Assembly (NCBI GenBank): GCA_050287845.1
Contig: JBNKCR010000018.1
Span: 10,834-74,833, forward strand
Direction: 5' to 3'
DNA from: Polyangia bacterium
GTDB taxonomy: Bacteria > Myxococcota_A > Polyangia > JAAYKL01
Length of the DNA: 64,000 nucleotides
Shown: in pieces, positions 49,443-59,094 of the stretch
Position numbering within the stretch: the stretch's first letter is position 1
Layout: each line of letters opens with the position of its first letter
Notes under the pieces: model-generated
What the model was told of the DNA's origin: nothing
Seen by the model: the letters and a program-made list of their open reading frames with translations, nothing else
The model's database searches: none
Translations under genes and position numbers: made by a program

Positions 49443-50663
49443 ATGATGAAAAAAGCGCTGATTTATTTTCGCAGATGGTCGTTCTGGGCATTGAGTCGCC
49501 TGTTCAGTTTTGTGTATCTGCGTCCAAAATTCCGTCTGGAAATACGCGACAAGGACAAGCGAATTCCCAAACGCCCGTTTATCATGGTCTCCAATCATGG
49601 CACTTTTTTCGATCCATGGCTGATTGGACATTTGAGTCCATATCCACTGTCCATCATGATGAATGAGGAAGGATTCAAAGCGCCGTCCTTCACTCAATGG
49701 TACCTGAAAAATATCGGTGCCTTCCCCAAGAAAAAAGGGGAATCGGACATCGCGGCCATGAAGTATACACTGAAAACTCTCAAGGAAGGCTATCCGGTGC
49801 TGATTTTCCCGGAGGGGCAAACCACGTGGGATGGAAAAACCCAACCGATTTATGGTGGCATCGAAAGTATTATCAAGCGTTCCAAACTGCCATTGGTGAT
49901 GATGCGGATTACCGGGAATTTTATCAGCAAACCCTGGTGGTCCGAAGCGTTCCGGAAGGGCAGGGTTATCATTCACAGAGATATTCTGTACCCCGAGCAG
50001 CTTGCGCAGATGAGTAAAAGTGAAATTCGAGACACCATCATTGGCTTCATTGCCAATAACGACCTTGAAGATGAAGACATGAAACAGACAACGTTTGTCG
50101 GTCCGCCGGCAACGGAAGGCATCAACCGTTTTGTCTGGATGTGTCCAGCCTGTGGCGTGGAAGATCACATGACAGGAATAGAAGACCAGGTGAGCTGCAC
50201 CGGTTGTTCAGCATCATGGAAAATGGATTCCCACTTCAGGCTGGCACCGTCGAATGACAAAGCGACGCCGGTTGGAAGTCTGCTGGACTGGGCTAATTGG
50301 CATAAAAAACAGGTCAAAGAAAAAATTGCAGGCACAAAAGACAGCGAATGTCTGACATCAAACGAGCAGGTCCACTATTGCGATGTGACTGATCATGGTG
50401 AATACCCCACCATCTCTGTCGGAAGGCTGTCATTAACCCCCCATACGCTTTCGTTTGTACCAACGGATGCCGCCATTGCCCCCTTTGAACTGCCGGTAGA
50501 AAAAATCAATGATTACGTTTTTCAGATGAAAACCATTTTTGAATGCCGCTCAGAAGGCAAATTGTACAAGTTTCGTTTCGAAGACGACAGCCCCATGAAA
50601 TGGGTGTACTATTTCAGATATCTCAATAACTACGCGGAATGCGAAGAACGCGGATATATCTGA
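49443..50663 (+). CDS. Lysophospholipid acyltransferase (PlsC family) with C-terminal CxxC extension
   Basis: SNHGTFFD (NHx4D), IFPEG, CPAC/CTGC. Confidence 0.88.
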   Translation: MMKKALIYFRRWSFWALSRLFSFVYLRPKFRLEIRDKDKRIPKRPFIMVSNHGTFFDPWLIGHLSPYPLSIMMNEEGFKAPSFTQWYLKNIGAFPKKKGESDIAAMKYTLKTLKEGYPVLIFPEGQTTWDGKTQPIYGGIESIIKRSKLPLVMMRITGNFISKPWWSEAFRKGRVIIHRDILYPEQLAQMSKSEIRDTIIGFIANNDLEDEDMKQTTFVGPPATEGINRFVWMCPACGVEDHMTGIEDQVSCTGCSASWKMDSHFRLAPSNDKATPVGSLLDWANWHKKQVKEKIAGTKDSECLTSNEQVHYCDVTDHGEYPTISVGRLSLTPHTLSFVPTDAAIAPFELPVEKINDYVFQMKTIFECRSEGKLYKFRFEDDSPMKWVYYFRYLNNYAECEERGYI

Positions 50664-50706
50664 ACAGAATCCACACCGCATTGGCAACCGAACATTGACT
50701 CCGGGG

Positions 50707-52509
50707 TTACAGCAGTGTTTCCAACTGATCAATGAGGGAATCCAGTCGCTTTATGAGGGCCACAATCGGCGCCGGAGTGGAGAGATCGGCACCGGCTCGC
50801 TGAAGAAGTTCCAATGGAAATAGAGATGATCCGGACTTTAGGAAATTGAGATACGCATCGCGCTGCGCTTTGTTCCCATGGAGTACTTTCTGACTCAATG
50901 CCGTGGCGGCAGCGAGTCCGGTTGCATATTTATACACGTAAAATGCGCTGTAAAAATGGGGAATTCTCGCCCATTCCATGGAAAGCAATTCATCGAAAAC
51001 CAGGGTCGGACCAAAGTATGCTTTCACCAGTTCTGAATATTCGGCCTTCAGCCGTTCCACTGTCAGTGCCTCTCCGGATTCTATGATTTCGTGGGAAATC
51101 TTTTCAAACTCGGCAAACATCGTCTGTCTGATCACGGTTGCCCTCAGTTGATTGATTTCCCTGTCGATAATGTATGCCTTCATCTGGTCATCCGTGGCGG
51201 TTTTCAGCAGATGGTCAGTAAGCAGCTGTTCGTTGAAGGTGGAGGCAACCTCGGCAACGAAAATCGTATAATCATAATTTGCGAAGTGTTGATTCCGGGC
51301 ACTGAACCAGGTATGCATCGAATGTCCGGCTTCGTGAGCCAGGGTATACAGGCTCAGCAGCGAATCCGTTTTGTAATTCATCAGAATGTACGGTGGCACA
51401 TCGTAACCACCGGCCGAAAAGGCGCCGCTTCTTTTTCCCCTGTTCTCATATCGGTCCACCCAGCGATCGCTGGTCAGCCCTTTTTTCAGGATTTTAAGAT
51501 ATCCGGATCCCAGGGGAACAAGGGCCTCTCCAATGATGTCAACGGCTTCATCATAACCGCACTTCCAGTTCACCGATGAAATCAACGGCACATAGGTATC
51601 GAAAAAATGGAGTTCCCGCAGTTTCAGATGTTTTTTATGCAACTGCAGGTATCGATGATTGGTGTGCAAGTGCTCCCGCACAGTGTGAATCAGATTGTCG
51701 TACACCGATATCGGTACATCGTCTGCAAATAGCGAACGCTCTCTGGCGGAGGCGAAATTTCGGACCCTGGCCTGATACACATCCTGCTGTACTGACGCAC
51801 TATAGGTTTCTGCCAAAGTGTTTTCGAATTCAGCGTATCTGGTAAACAGCTGTTGAAACGCGGCTTTTCGAACTGCGCGGTGGGGATTTTCCAACAACAG
51901 TCCGTAGCTGCTCTGAGTGAGCGTTACCGATTTGCCATCCACTTTCACGTCGCCGAATTTAAAGTCAGTATCGTTTAACTTTCGAAAGATATCTCCGGCG
52001 CTTCCGGATATTTCTCCCTGCATCGCGAGAATCCGCTCTTCCTTGTGACTCAGAATATGACGTTTCTGCCGCAGTATTTTTTGTATGGTGATTACGTAAT
52101 CGGCCAGACACTCACTTTTGAGGAACTGTTCAATTTTACGTCCGGGAATGGCCAATATCGCCGGCGTAATAAAACTCGACGCCTCTTCGATTCGGGTCGC
52201 CAGACGCGTGTACTGCGCTACCAGTTCCTGGCTTTCGCTGCTCGCGAGATCCACTGACTGGGTCAGAAACGCATAAGAACCCAGACGCTCGAGCCGACGT
52301 CCGATCTCCACATCAAAATCGAGCAACGCTGCCAGTTTCTGAGCGTCCCGGGTCATTGATTTCTGATGTTCGGCATACTGGGGATACAAATTTTCCAGCT
52401 TGGTGAATGCCCGTTTCCATGCAGCGCGTGTCTTAAAAATCTTTTCGAGATTCCATGTGTCCGCGGTGGGAATCTCTGCCCGGGGTTCAACCTGTTGTTT
52501 TCTGGCCAT
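50707..52509 (-). CDS. pepF: Oligoendopeptidase F (M3B)
   Basis: TWNL, GKRSGAFS, LAHEAGHSMH, AEVAS, RQTMFAEFE, HFY..FYVYKY. Confidence 0.95.
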   Translation of the reverse strand: MARKQQVEPRAEIPTADTWNLEKIFKTRAAWKRAFTKLENLYPQYAEHQKSMTRDAQKLAALLDFDVEIGRRLERLGSYAFLTQSVDLASSESQELVAQYTRLATRIEEASSFITPAILAIPGRKIEQFLKSECLADYVITIQKILRQKRHILSHKEERILAMQGEISGSAGDIFRKLNDTDFKFGDVKVDGKSVTLTQSSYGLLLENPHRAVRKAAFQQLFTRYAEFENTLAETYSASVQQDVYQARVRNFASARERSLFADDVPISVYDNLIHTVREHLHTNHRYLQLHKKHLKLRELHFFDTYVPLISSVNWKCGYDEAVDIIGEALVPLGSGYLKILKKGLTSDRWVDRYENRGKRSGAFSAGGYDVPPYILMNYKTDSLLSLYTLAHEAGHSMHTWFSARNQHFANYDYTIFVAEVASTFNEQLLTDHLLKTATDDQMKAYIIDREINQLRATVIRQTMFAEFEKISHEIIESGEALTVERLKAEYSELVKAYFGPTLVFDELLSMEWARIPHFYSAFYVYKYATGLAAATALSQKVLHGNKAQRDAYLNFLKSGSSLFPLELLQRAGADLSTPAPIVALIKRLDSLIDQLETLL

Positions 52510-52538
52510 GAGGCTTCCTTCCATTTTCTTCGTTGAAA

Positions 52539-54266
52539 TCAGTCGAGGGGTATCAGACTGTCCCGACTGGCTTGTATATAAATTGAAAATACGGTTTCTT
52601 TGCCAGGGTCAGATGCTACATCCACTGAACCGCCATGGGCAAAGGCAATATTATAGACCATCGACAGGCCGATGCCCGTGCCCTGATCTTTTTCCTTGGT
52701 CGTAAAAAATGGGTCAAATATTTTTTGCAGAGTCGCCGGATTCATTCCCGGTCCATCGTCTTTCACCCGAATGCAGATATAATCCTGGCCCTTGTCAGTG
52801 CTCAGGTCTTCGGGAATCCGATCTTTTTTAACCGGTGAAGCGGAAAGTTCAATCGTGCCCTCGTTGGTACCAATGGCGTCCCGAGCATTGATGCACAGAT
52901 TCAGAAGCGCCTGGGTCAGGGAGGTCCGGTCCGCTTTCACGGTCAGGGGGGTTGTATCGCGGATGTGAATGCGGATATTGTCGGGGAGTGTATTCCGCAT
53001 GATAGATACCGTGTCGTTCAATATTTCAAGCAAATCTATCGCCGACGTTTCCACCAGCGCACTTCGTGAGAAAGTACTCAACCGGTCCAGAATATGAGAT
53101 GCGGTCTGTCCGCAATCCGATATAGTGTCCAGATAGGTGGCGATAGACCGGATGTCTCTGGTTTCTCCGTTTCTTTCGAGACGTTGAATGGAGCGCCGCA
53201 TCAGAGACACACCACCAAAAATTCCGGCTAGAATATTGTTGAAATCATGAGCCAGGCCACCCGCCAGTTTCCCGACGGTCTGCATTTTGTGTGATCGCGC
53301 AAGGGCCAGCTCAAGCTCATACCGTTCACTCATGTCCCGGACACTGAGCTCAAGACATTTCTGCCCGTTCCAGTCGATGGGGGTCTGGGTGACATGCACC
53401 GGCAGACTGCCCCCCGCCCCGTGCAGACGCGAAAAGGGACTTTCGTCGAACCGGTCGGCGTTCAGCCGCAAAGAAAATGTTGAGGCATCTCCCGCAAAGA
53501 AATGCTGCAGGGGTTTGCCCACAATATCCACTGTTTCAATGCCGACCATTTCCTGGAATTTCCGATTGATGGCAAGAATGCACATTCGCGATGAAACAAT
53601 CACAACTCCGTCTGGAATGCCGTTGAACAGGGCGAGATAGTGGTTTTCTGATTCAATGAGTTCCCGGGTTGCCAAACCAACCAGGTAACCGAACAGAGCC
53701 ATTCCCAGGGAAATGATCACATCGTTTGCGATTTGCCATGTCAGCGGAAGGGATGCCGCGTTGTGCAGTTCGAATGAAGGCGGGATATCCTGAAAAATGT
53801 AACATCCCCCGACAATTGAAATGTGCACAGCGGCGCAAAGGATGCCGGTCAATAGAACCAGACGCGCATTGTGTCGCAATGATGCCGTAGCAATAATCAT
53901 GAAATATAATGCCACCAGTGGTCCGGAAACGAAATTGAGCGGGGATTGCCGCAATACCGCGAGATCGAGAGACGCTATAAATAGGATGTCCAGCAACATG
54001 GTCGTTGCAGCGACAACGGGAACCCATCGGCTTTGCCGCACTGTCAACAGCACCACAATATTGACCATTGACCATGTTACAAAAACGACAGTGACACGAA
54101 TCAGCATGGGATAGAAATCGTATGACTTTTCTTTCAGCCACAGAAGGGTAACAATAGTACCCAGGCACGCGATGCCGATTTTAATCAGGGCAATATGACG
54201 CTCATTCTGTACATCCGCCGGATACTCGGTTCCTGAAAAGAACGACCTGAATTTACGGGAAATCAC
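52539..54266 (-). CDS. Multi-TM PAS histidine kinase
   Basis: TM helices, PAS (LFNGIPDG), GGLAHDFNN, NLCINARDA, DDGPG, FFTTK, GTGIGL. Confidence 0.92.
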   Translation of the reverse strand: MISRKFRSFFSGTEYPADVQNERHIALIKIGIACLGTIVTLLWLKEKSYDFYPMLIRVTVVFVTWSMVNIVVLLTVRQSRWVPVVAATTMLLDILFIASLDLAVLRQSPLNFVSGPLVALYFMIIATASLRHNARLVLLTGILCAAVHISIVGGCYIFQDIPPSFELHNAASLPLTWQIANDVIISLGMALFGYLVGLATRELIESENHYLALFNGIPDGVVIVSSRMCILAINRKFQEMVGIETVDIVGKPLQHFFAGDASTFSLRLNADRFDESPFSRLHGAGGSLPVHVTQTPIDWNGQKCLELSVRDMSERYELELALARSHKMQTVGKLAGGLAHDFNNILAGIFGGVSLMRRSIQRLERNGETRDIRSIATYLDTISDCGQTASHILDRLSTFSRSALVETSAIDLLEILNDTVSIMRNTLPDNIRIHIRDTTPLTVKADRTSLTQALLNLCINARDAIGTNEGTIELSASPVKKDRIPEDLSTDKGQDYICIRVKDDGPGMNPATLQKIFDPFFTTKEKDQGTGIGLSMVYNIAFAHGGSVDVASDPGKETVFSIYIQASRDSLIPLD

Positions 54267-55978
54267 AACGGACGCTCCATGAAATTTGAAAATGGTAAAT
54301 ACACCGACACGCTGGTTCCGCGATCTCTACTGGACGTTATATTCATGGATCCATTGTGGTGTCTGATAATGGTATGCGCAATCGACAGTCCAAGACCGGC
54401 TCCCCGCCGGGTGGTTTCCTTGGTGGAGAAAAACGGTTCCATGCAGCGCAGGAGAACGCGGGGTTCCATCCCATGTCCATGATCCGAAATGGTGATGGAT
54501 AAAAAACGGATATCCGCCATATCTGTGGCGAGCCGCATATACGGTGGCAACTCAACCAGTTCGGACGCCGGGGGCGTCTGGGCCTGGATTGTGATTTCGC
54601 CACCGTCGCTCATGGCTTCTTTGGCATTCAGACAGATATTGAGTAATGCCTGAAAAATATTGGCTTCATCACCTTCAATCAATATGGGGGTGTCTAGGGA
54701 CAACGTCAGTTGAATTCTATGCATTTCCCCAAATGTTTTACGTGTAAAATTCTGCAGCTCCTTGAGCAATTTTCGAATTTCAAAACTGCTGGTGCTTCTT
54801 CCCTGAGCCCTGGACAGTGCCAGTAGACTCTTCAGTACGTCTCGTGCGTTTTCTGCACACTCCTGTATCACTTTTGCGTTCCGATGCAACTTGGTGTACT
54901 CAATGGATTCCGGTGCCCGATAAAGGCGGTTGCGAATGAGGGATACAGCGCCAAGGATCCCCCCCAGCAGATTGTTGAAATCATGCGCCATACCACGGGC
55001 AATCTGACCAAGTGCCTCGGTTTTCTGCGCCAGAAAAATTTGTTCCCGCAGCCCCTCCTGTTCGGACATATTCCGGACACTGAGGATTTTTTTAGGAATC
55101 GGTTTGTCTGATTCAAGCAGCGATTCGGTGATACTGACCGGAATCTTCGTTTCAGTGGTTCGCTGGGTAACGATTCTGTTGTCGGCGTTTGCCCTGTACT
55201 CAGACTCAAATATACCGCTGATGGATCGGTCGATAATATCGGGAAGCGCTTGCTGCAGCATATCGGCAAATGACTGATTTACCGTTTCGATTTTTCCCGC
55301 TGTTCCGGTGAGCACAATCCCATCAGGAACATTGTTGAAGAGAGTGGCGTAATTTTTACGGGCGGCTCTGATTCTGGAGGTCACATGCCCCACGGTCCAT
55401 GCAACCACAGCCAGGGCCAGCGATTTGGCCAGTTGGTTGAGCTCGGCGATTTCACCCACGCGTCTTGCTCCCATGTAAAGAGCATCACATGAGGTCTCGT
55501 GCAGGGTCTGTTGAAAATAGTAGCTTAACAGCAGATAGCTGATTGCAGATGATAGGCCGACCGTATAGACCATCCACACATTCTTTCGGACAGCTGCCAG
55601 TGCAATGGCAATGAAGTACAGTGAAAAAACGAGATTGTCGGAATAATTAAGGGCACACAGATACTGCGACGCGAAAACCAGTCCAGTGACGGTACTGACA
55701 TCCGCCAGGGCTGACGCTACCGACATCCAGTGAGAATATCTGTAAAGAAAAAAGACCAGGCGCAACACTACATTGAACAGAAGCCATCCTGTGGCCACCA
55801 GGAACATGGGCGCCAGAACGAAAACGGATGTATTTTTAAGCCATATGTGAAAAATCCCGAAATAGGCGATAAACACCAGATAAATTAAAATTCTGATGCT
55901 GCAAATCCGCTTTTCACACCAGAGCGCTGATTCCATGCGTGGCAACGGATTGCTTTTTTCATGCATTGTATCCCCCAT
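54263..55978 (-). CDS. Multi-TM PAS histidine kinase (paralog of the neighbour)
   Basis: LFNNVPDG, GMAHDFNN, NICLNAKEA, DHGHG, FFSTK, GAGLGL. Confidence 0.92.
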   Translation of the reverse strand: MGDTMHEKSNPLPRMESALWCEKRICSIRILIYLVFIAYFGIFHIWLKNTSVFVLAPMFLVATGWLLFNVVLRLVFFLYRYSHWMSVASALADVSTVTGLVFASQYLCALNYSDNLVFSLYFIAIALAAVRKNVWMVYTVGLSSAISYLLLSYYFQQTLHETSCDALYMGARRVGEIAELNQLAKSLALAVVAWTVGHVTSRIRAARKNYATLFNNVPDGIVLTGTAGKIETVNQSFADMLQQALPDIIDRSISGIFESEYRANADNRIVTQRTTETKIPVSITESLLESDKPIPKKILSVRNMSEQEGLREQIFLAQKTEALGQIARGMAHDFNNLLGGILGAVSLIRNRLYRAPESIEYTKLHRNAKVIQECAENARDVLKSLLALSRAQGRSTSSFEIRKLLKELQNFTRKTFGEMHRIQLTLSLDTPILIEGDEANIFQALLNICLNAKEAMSDGGEITIQAQTPPASELVELPPYMRLATDMADIRFLSITISDHGHGMEPRVLLRCMEPFFSTKETTRRGAGLGLSIAHTIIRHHNGSMNITSSRDRGTSVSVYLPFSNFMERPL

Positions 55979-55985
55979 TTCGAAT

Positions 55986-57152
55986 TCAACTCCGTGCCAG
56001 CTTCTCTTTCACGAATGCAATTACCTGTGCAGCTCTTCCATCCCAGGTGTATTGCGTGGCATCCTGTCTGGCGTTGTTGCTCAACTGCCTTGCAAGTGAC
56101 GGAGAGGATAAAATGCTCCGGATAGCGACGGCGGTCGCCGAAGGCATATCGGGTGGTACGGTCAGACAGTTGCGTTCATGAATGAGCACGCCACGGGTAT
56201 CCGGCTGTTCCGGCGCGACAATCGGCTTGCCGGCGGCCATGTAAGTGAATGTTTTCATCGGCAACACGGTTGCAGACTTCAACGGCAATGACGAAGGGGG
56301 CAGGATGAGAATATCCGCAGCCGCCAGGTACGTTGGGACTTCGCGAATGGGGACCTGGCTGACCAGTCGAACATTCGATAACTGCCGCTGCGCTGCCATC
56401 TTCTGCAATTCAGCAACCTCCGACACGGAGCCGCCCACAATCAGCATTGTCGTTTCCGGGCAGACTTGAGCTGTGTCCAGCAACGCGTCCACTCCCTTAT
56501 CAGGGCGAATCTGCCCTGTATACGCAATGATCTTCTCGTCCGCCGTAAGGTTCAGGATACTTCGTGCCGCATCTTTGTCCGGCAACTGCGCATGCTCCCG
56601 GGGATCGTAGCCGTTGGGAATGGTTTTAATTTTCTCAGCGGCGATGCCATTGTCCACCATCACTTGTCTGGCATACTCTGAATGGGTTGAAAGCCCAATG
56701 AACCCACGCTTCAGCGATGCCTTTTTCACAATGCGAAATATCTTCGGATTGGTATCCGGCAGGGCCCGATACGTTTCAAACAGGGTCGGCACACCCAATC
56801 GCGAAGTTAGAAACAGCGGAATGATATTTCGTGTGTACACTGCGTCGTAGTTGCCCATCAGTGCTTTCACCGGGGCGAGAATGCCATGAAACAGTTTTTC
56901 GGCCCGCAAATCAGATGCGGGCCAGAAAGGAATATCCCGTATCTGGAAATGACCTTCAATATTATAATATTCGCAGATGTCCCGCATACGGGCATCATTC
57001 GATTTTCCCCAATGCTGCCACTTGCGCGGTTGAATTAAATCCACATGGGAGCCGGCTCTGCCCAGCGCATCAATGGTTTTCATGACCTGTTGGGTGTCCG
57101 TGTGTATCGACGGAAATCTTTCATCGGAAATATAGGCTATTTTTAAACTCAC
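55986..57152 (-). CDS. GT4 glycosyltransferase
   Basis: IPNG, YTGQIRPDKG, PMKTFTYMAAGKPIV, YTW..RA. GTG start inferred. Confidence 0.85.
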   Translation of the reverse strand: MSLKIAYISDERFPSIHTDTQQVMKTIDALGRAGSHVDLIQPRKWQHWGKSNDARMRDICEYYNIEGHFQIRDIPFWPASDLRAEKLFHGILAPVKALMGNYDAVYTRNIIPLFLTSRLGVPTLFETYRALPDTNPKIFRIVKKASLKRGFIGLSTHSEYARQVMVDNGIAAEKIKTIPNGYDPREHAQLPDKDAARSILNLTADEKIIAYTGQIRPDKGVDALLDTAQVCPETTMLIVGGSVSEVAELQKMAAQRQLSNVRLVSQVPIREVPTYLAAADILILPPSSLPLKSATVLPMKTFTYMAAGKPIVAPEQPDTRGVLIHERNCLTVPPDMPSATAVAIRSILSSPSLARQLSNNARQDATQYTWDGRAAQVIAFVKEKLARS

Positions 57153-57281
57153 TTTATTCGCTTTCTCCCACCTGACAGAAGGTCTATCAGAATGTAGAAC
57201 ACAATCAACCGAATTCCTGTACTGAAATCCGCGATACCGACGAACAATCAACCGGACACTGATTTGGTGTGGTTTGGCGCA

Positions 57282-58952
57282 CTACGCACTGGGAAAGATA
57301 TTCTTTTCGAGGGCATTCAGCAGTTGGGAAAATGCGTAGGGTTTGGGAATGCAATTCTGAATGCCCAGTCGCTGGCACCTGGCTCGCACATTCAGATCAC
57401 AGATAGCCGACATAGCGATAATGGGGATGTGATGATTTTTTACCGCTGAAATGGGGCTGCGAATCACGCCTGCGGTTTCCAGCCCACCCATTTCCCCCAA
57501 ATCCAGATCGAGTAGCAGTACGTCGAAATTCTCCTCTTCCAGAAATTCCAGAACCTGGGTGCTTGTCATCGCGGTTTTATACAGGCATCCGAGTCGCTTT
57601 AAAAAGGCGGTCCCCACCAGCTGTGCATCGCGATTCTTGTCTGCCAGCAGAATTCTGAGGATGCCGGATGGCGGATGGGAAATTGCGGCAGGCAGTCGGC
57701 CGAATTCGGTATCGTCCAGCATTTGCTGGGGTGGTTGTTTGTACAGTTTAACAGTGAACCAGAAAGTGGATCCTTTCCCCACCGCGCTGTTGACGCCGAT
57801 TTGGCCGTCCATCATCAAGGTAATCTGTTTGGCCAGCGCCAGGCCCAGACCAATTCCGGAATACGCACCGGCAAAGTCATCTGCCTGGGTGAACGCATCG
57901 AACAGGCTTGCCAGAGATTCCCTGCTGATTCCGATTCCAGTGTCGGAAATCATGACCTTCAGAGGCAGGGTGGTGTCCGTCTCATCACCTTTCGCAACCA
58001 CCACGGCAATGGTACCGTTGCGTGTGAATTTATAGGCATTTTCGAGCAGTATGTAGAGCAGCTGCCCCAGACGCCACGGATCCCCCTGCAGATACAGCGG
58101 AATTCCCTGTTCCAGGCGTTTCTCAAACATCACATCAGTGTTGTTTTTGTTTGTATATCGAAACTGAACTCTGGAAATCACGTCGTCAATCAATGTCTGC
58201 AGATTGAAATTCACTTTTTCCAAATCAAGTGTACCGGTTTCAATTCGAGAGTAGTCGAGCAGCTCCGTAAGGGAATTGCTCAGGCTCAGAATATTGGACT
58301 GAATCACACGGGCGTAATGGTGCTGATCTTCCGTCAACTCTGTATCCAGTAAAATATCGATCATTGATTCCACACCCAGGGCTGGAATACGCAATTCGTT
58401 GGTCATTTTTTTGAGAAATTCACTTTTCGCCTTATTGGCTTTTTCGGCGACCAGTCGCGCTTCGGTGGCCTCTGCAACGGCCGTCCGCAGTTTGGCATTC
58501 GCTGCTGTCAATTGCGTCAGATGCATCTGATTTTCTTTTTCCAGACGCATTTTGCCAAACGCCCGATCCACCACATGTCGCAATATGTCCAGATCGAGCA
58601 CGGGCTTTTTCAGATAATCCCATGCGCCGTGCCGAATGGCATTCACCGCATCGTCAATGCTACCCATTCCGGAAATCATGACCACTGGAACCTGGCTGTT
58701 TCTATCGTTGATAAATTTGAGAACATCGATACCGTCCGCTTTTCCGGGAATCCGAATATCCAGCAACACCACATCCGGCTGAATTTCATCAAACGTCTCC
58801 ATCGCTTTCGCGCCATCCTGACAGGTGGTCACTTCATAGTTGCAATCTCTCAAATAGATGGCAAACGAATCGCAAATCATGCGGTCGTCATCCACAATCA
58901 GCACTTTGCCCGGCGGCGAAAAGCTCACTGGTATATCGGTAATATCATTCAT
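57282..58952 (-). CDS. REC-kinase-REC hybrid lacking the phosphoacceptor His
   Basis: Intact N-terminal REC (VDDD/LLDI/KKP); H-box reads KSEFLKKMTNELRIP; ENAYKFT, DTGIGI, GIGLGL; C-terminal REC. Confidence 0.88.
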   Translation of the reverse strand: MNDITDIPVSFSPPGKVLIVDDDRMICDSFAIYLRDCNYEVTTCQDGAKAMETFDEIQPDVVLLDIRIPGKADGIDVLKFINDRNSQVPVVMISGMGSIDDAVNAIRHGAWDYLKKPVLDLDILRHVVDRAFGKMRLEKENQMHLTQLTAANAKLRTAVAEATEARLVAEKANKAKSEFLKKMTNELRIPALGVESMIDILLDTELTEDQHHYARVIQSNILSLSNSLTELLDYSRIETGTLDLEKVNFNLQTLIDDVISRVQFRYTNKNNTDVMFEKRLEQGIPLYLQGDPWRLGQLLYILLENAYKFTRNGTIAVVVAKGDETDTTLPLKVMISDTGIGISRESLASLFDAFTQADDFAGAYSGIGLGLALAKQITLMMDGQIGVNSAVGKGSTFWFTVKLYKQPPQQMLDDTEFGRLPAAISHPPSGILRILLADKNRDAQLVGTAFLKRLGCLYKTAMTSTQVLEFLEEENFDVLLLDLDLGEMGGLETAGVIRSPISAVKNHHIPIIAMSAICDLNVRARCQRLGIQNCIPKPYAFSQLLNALEKNIFPSA

Positions 58953-59094
58953 GCTTCGGAGCCCCCTGAAGAATACGTCTGAAGATATCAGTACTTTTTT
59001 ACAACGAAGATACCGGCACAAATTTAAGTGGAAAAGCACACACGGGCAAGGTGGGGCGCAATATATATCAACGGATCCTTTTCTGACAACCGAA

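Noticed and set aside
49059-50168. 369-aa minus-strand ORF
   Set aside because: Overlaps two well-supported plus-strand genes and has no motifs.
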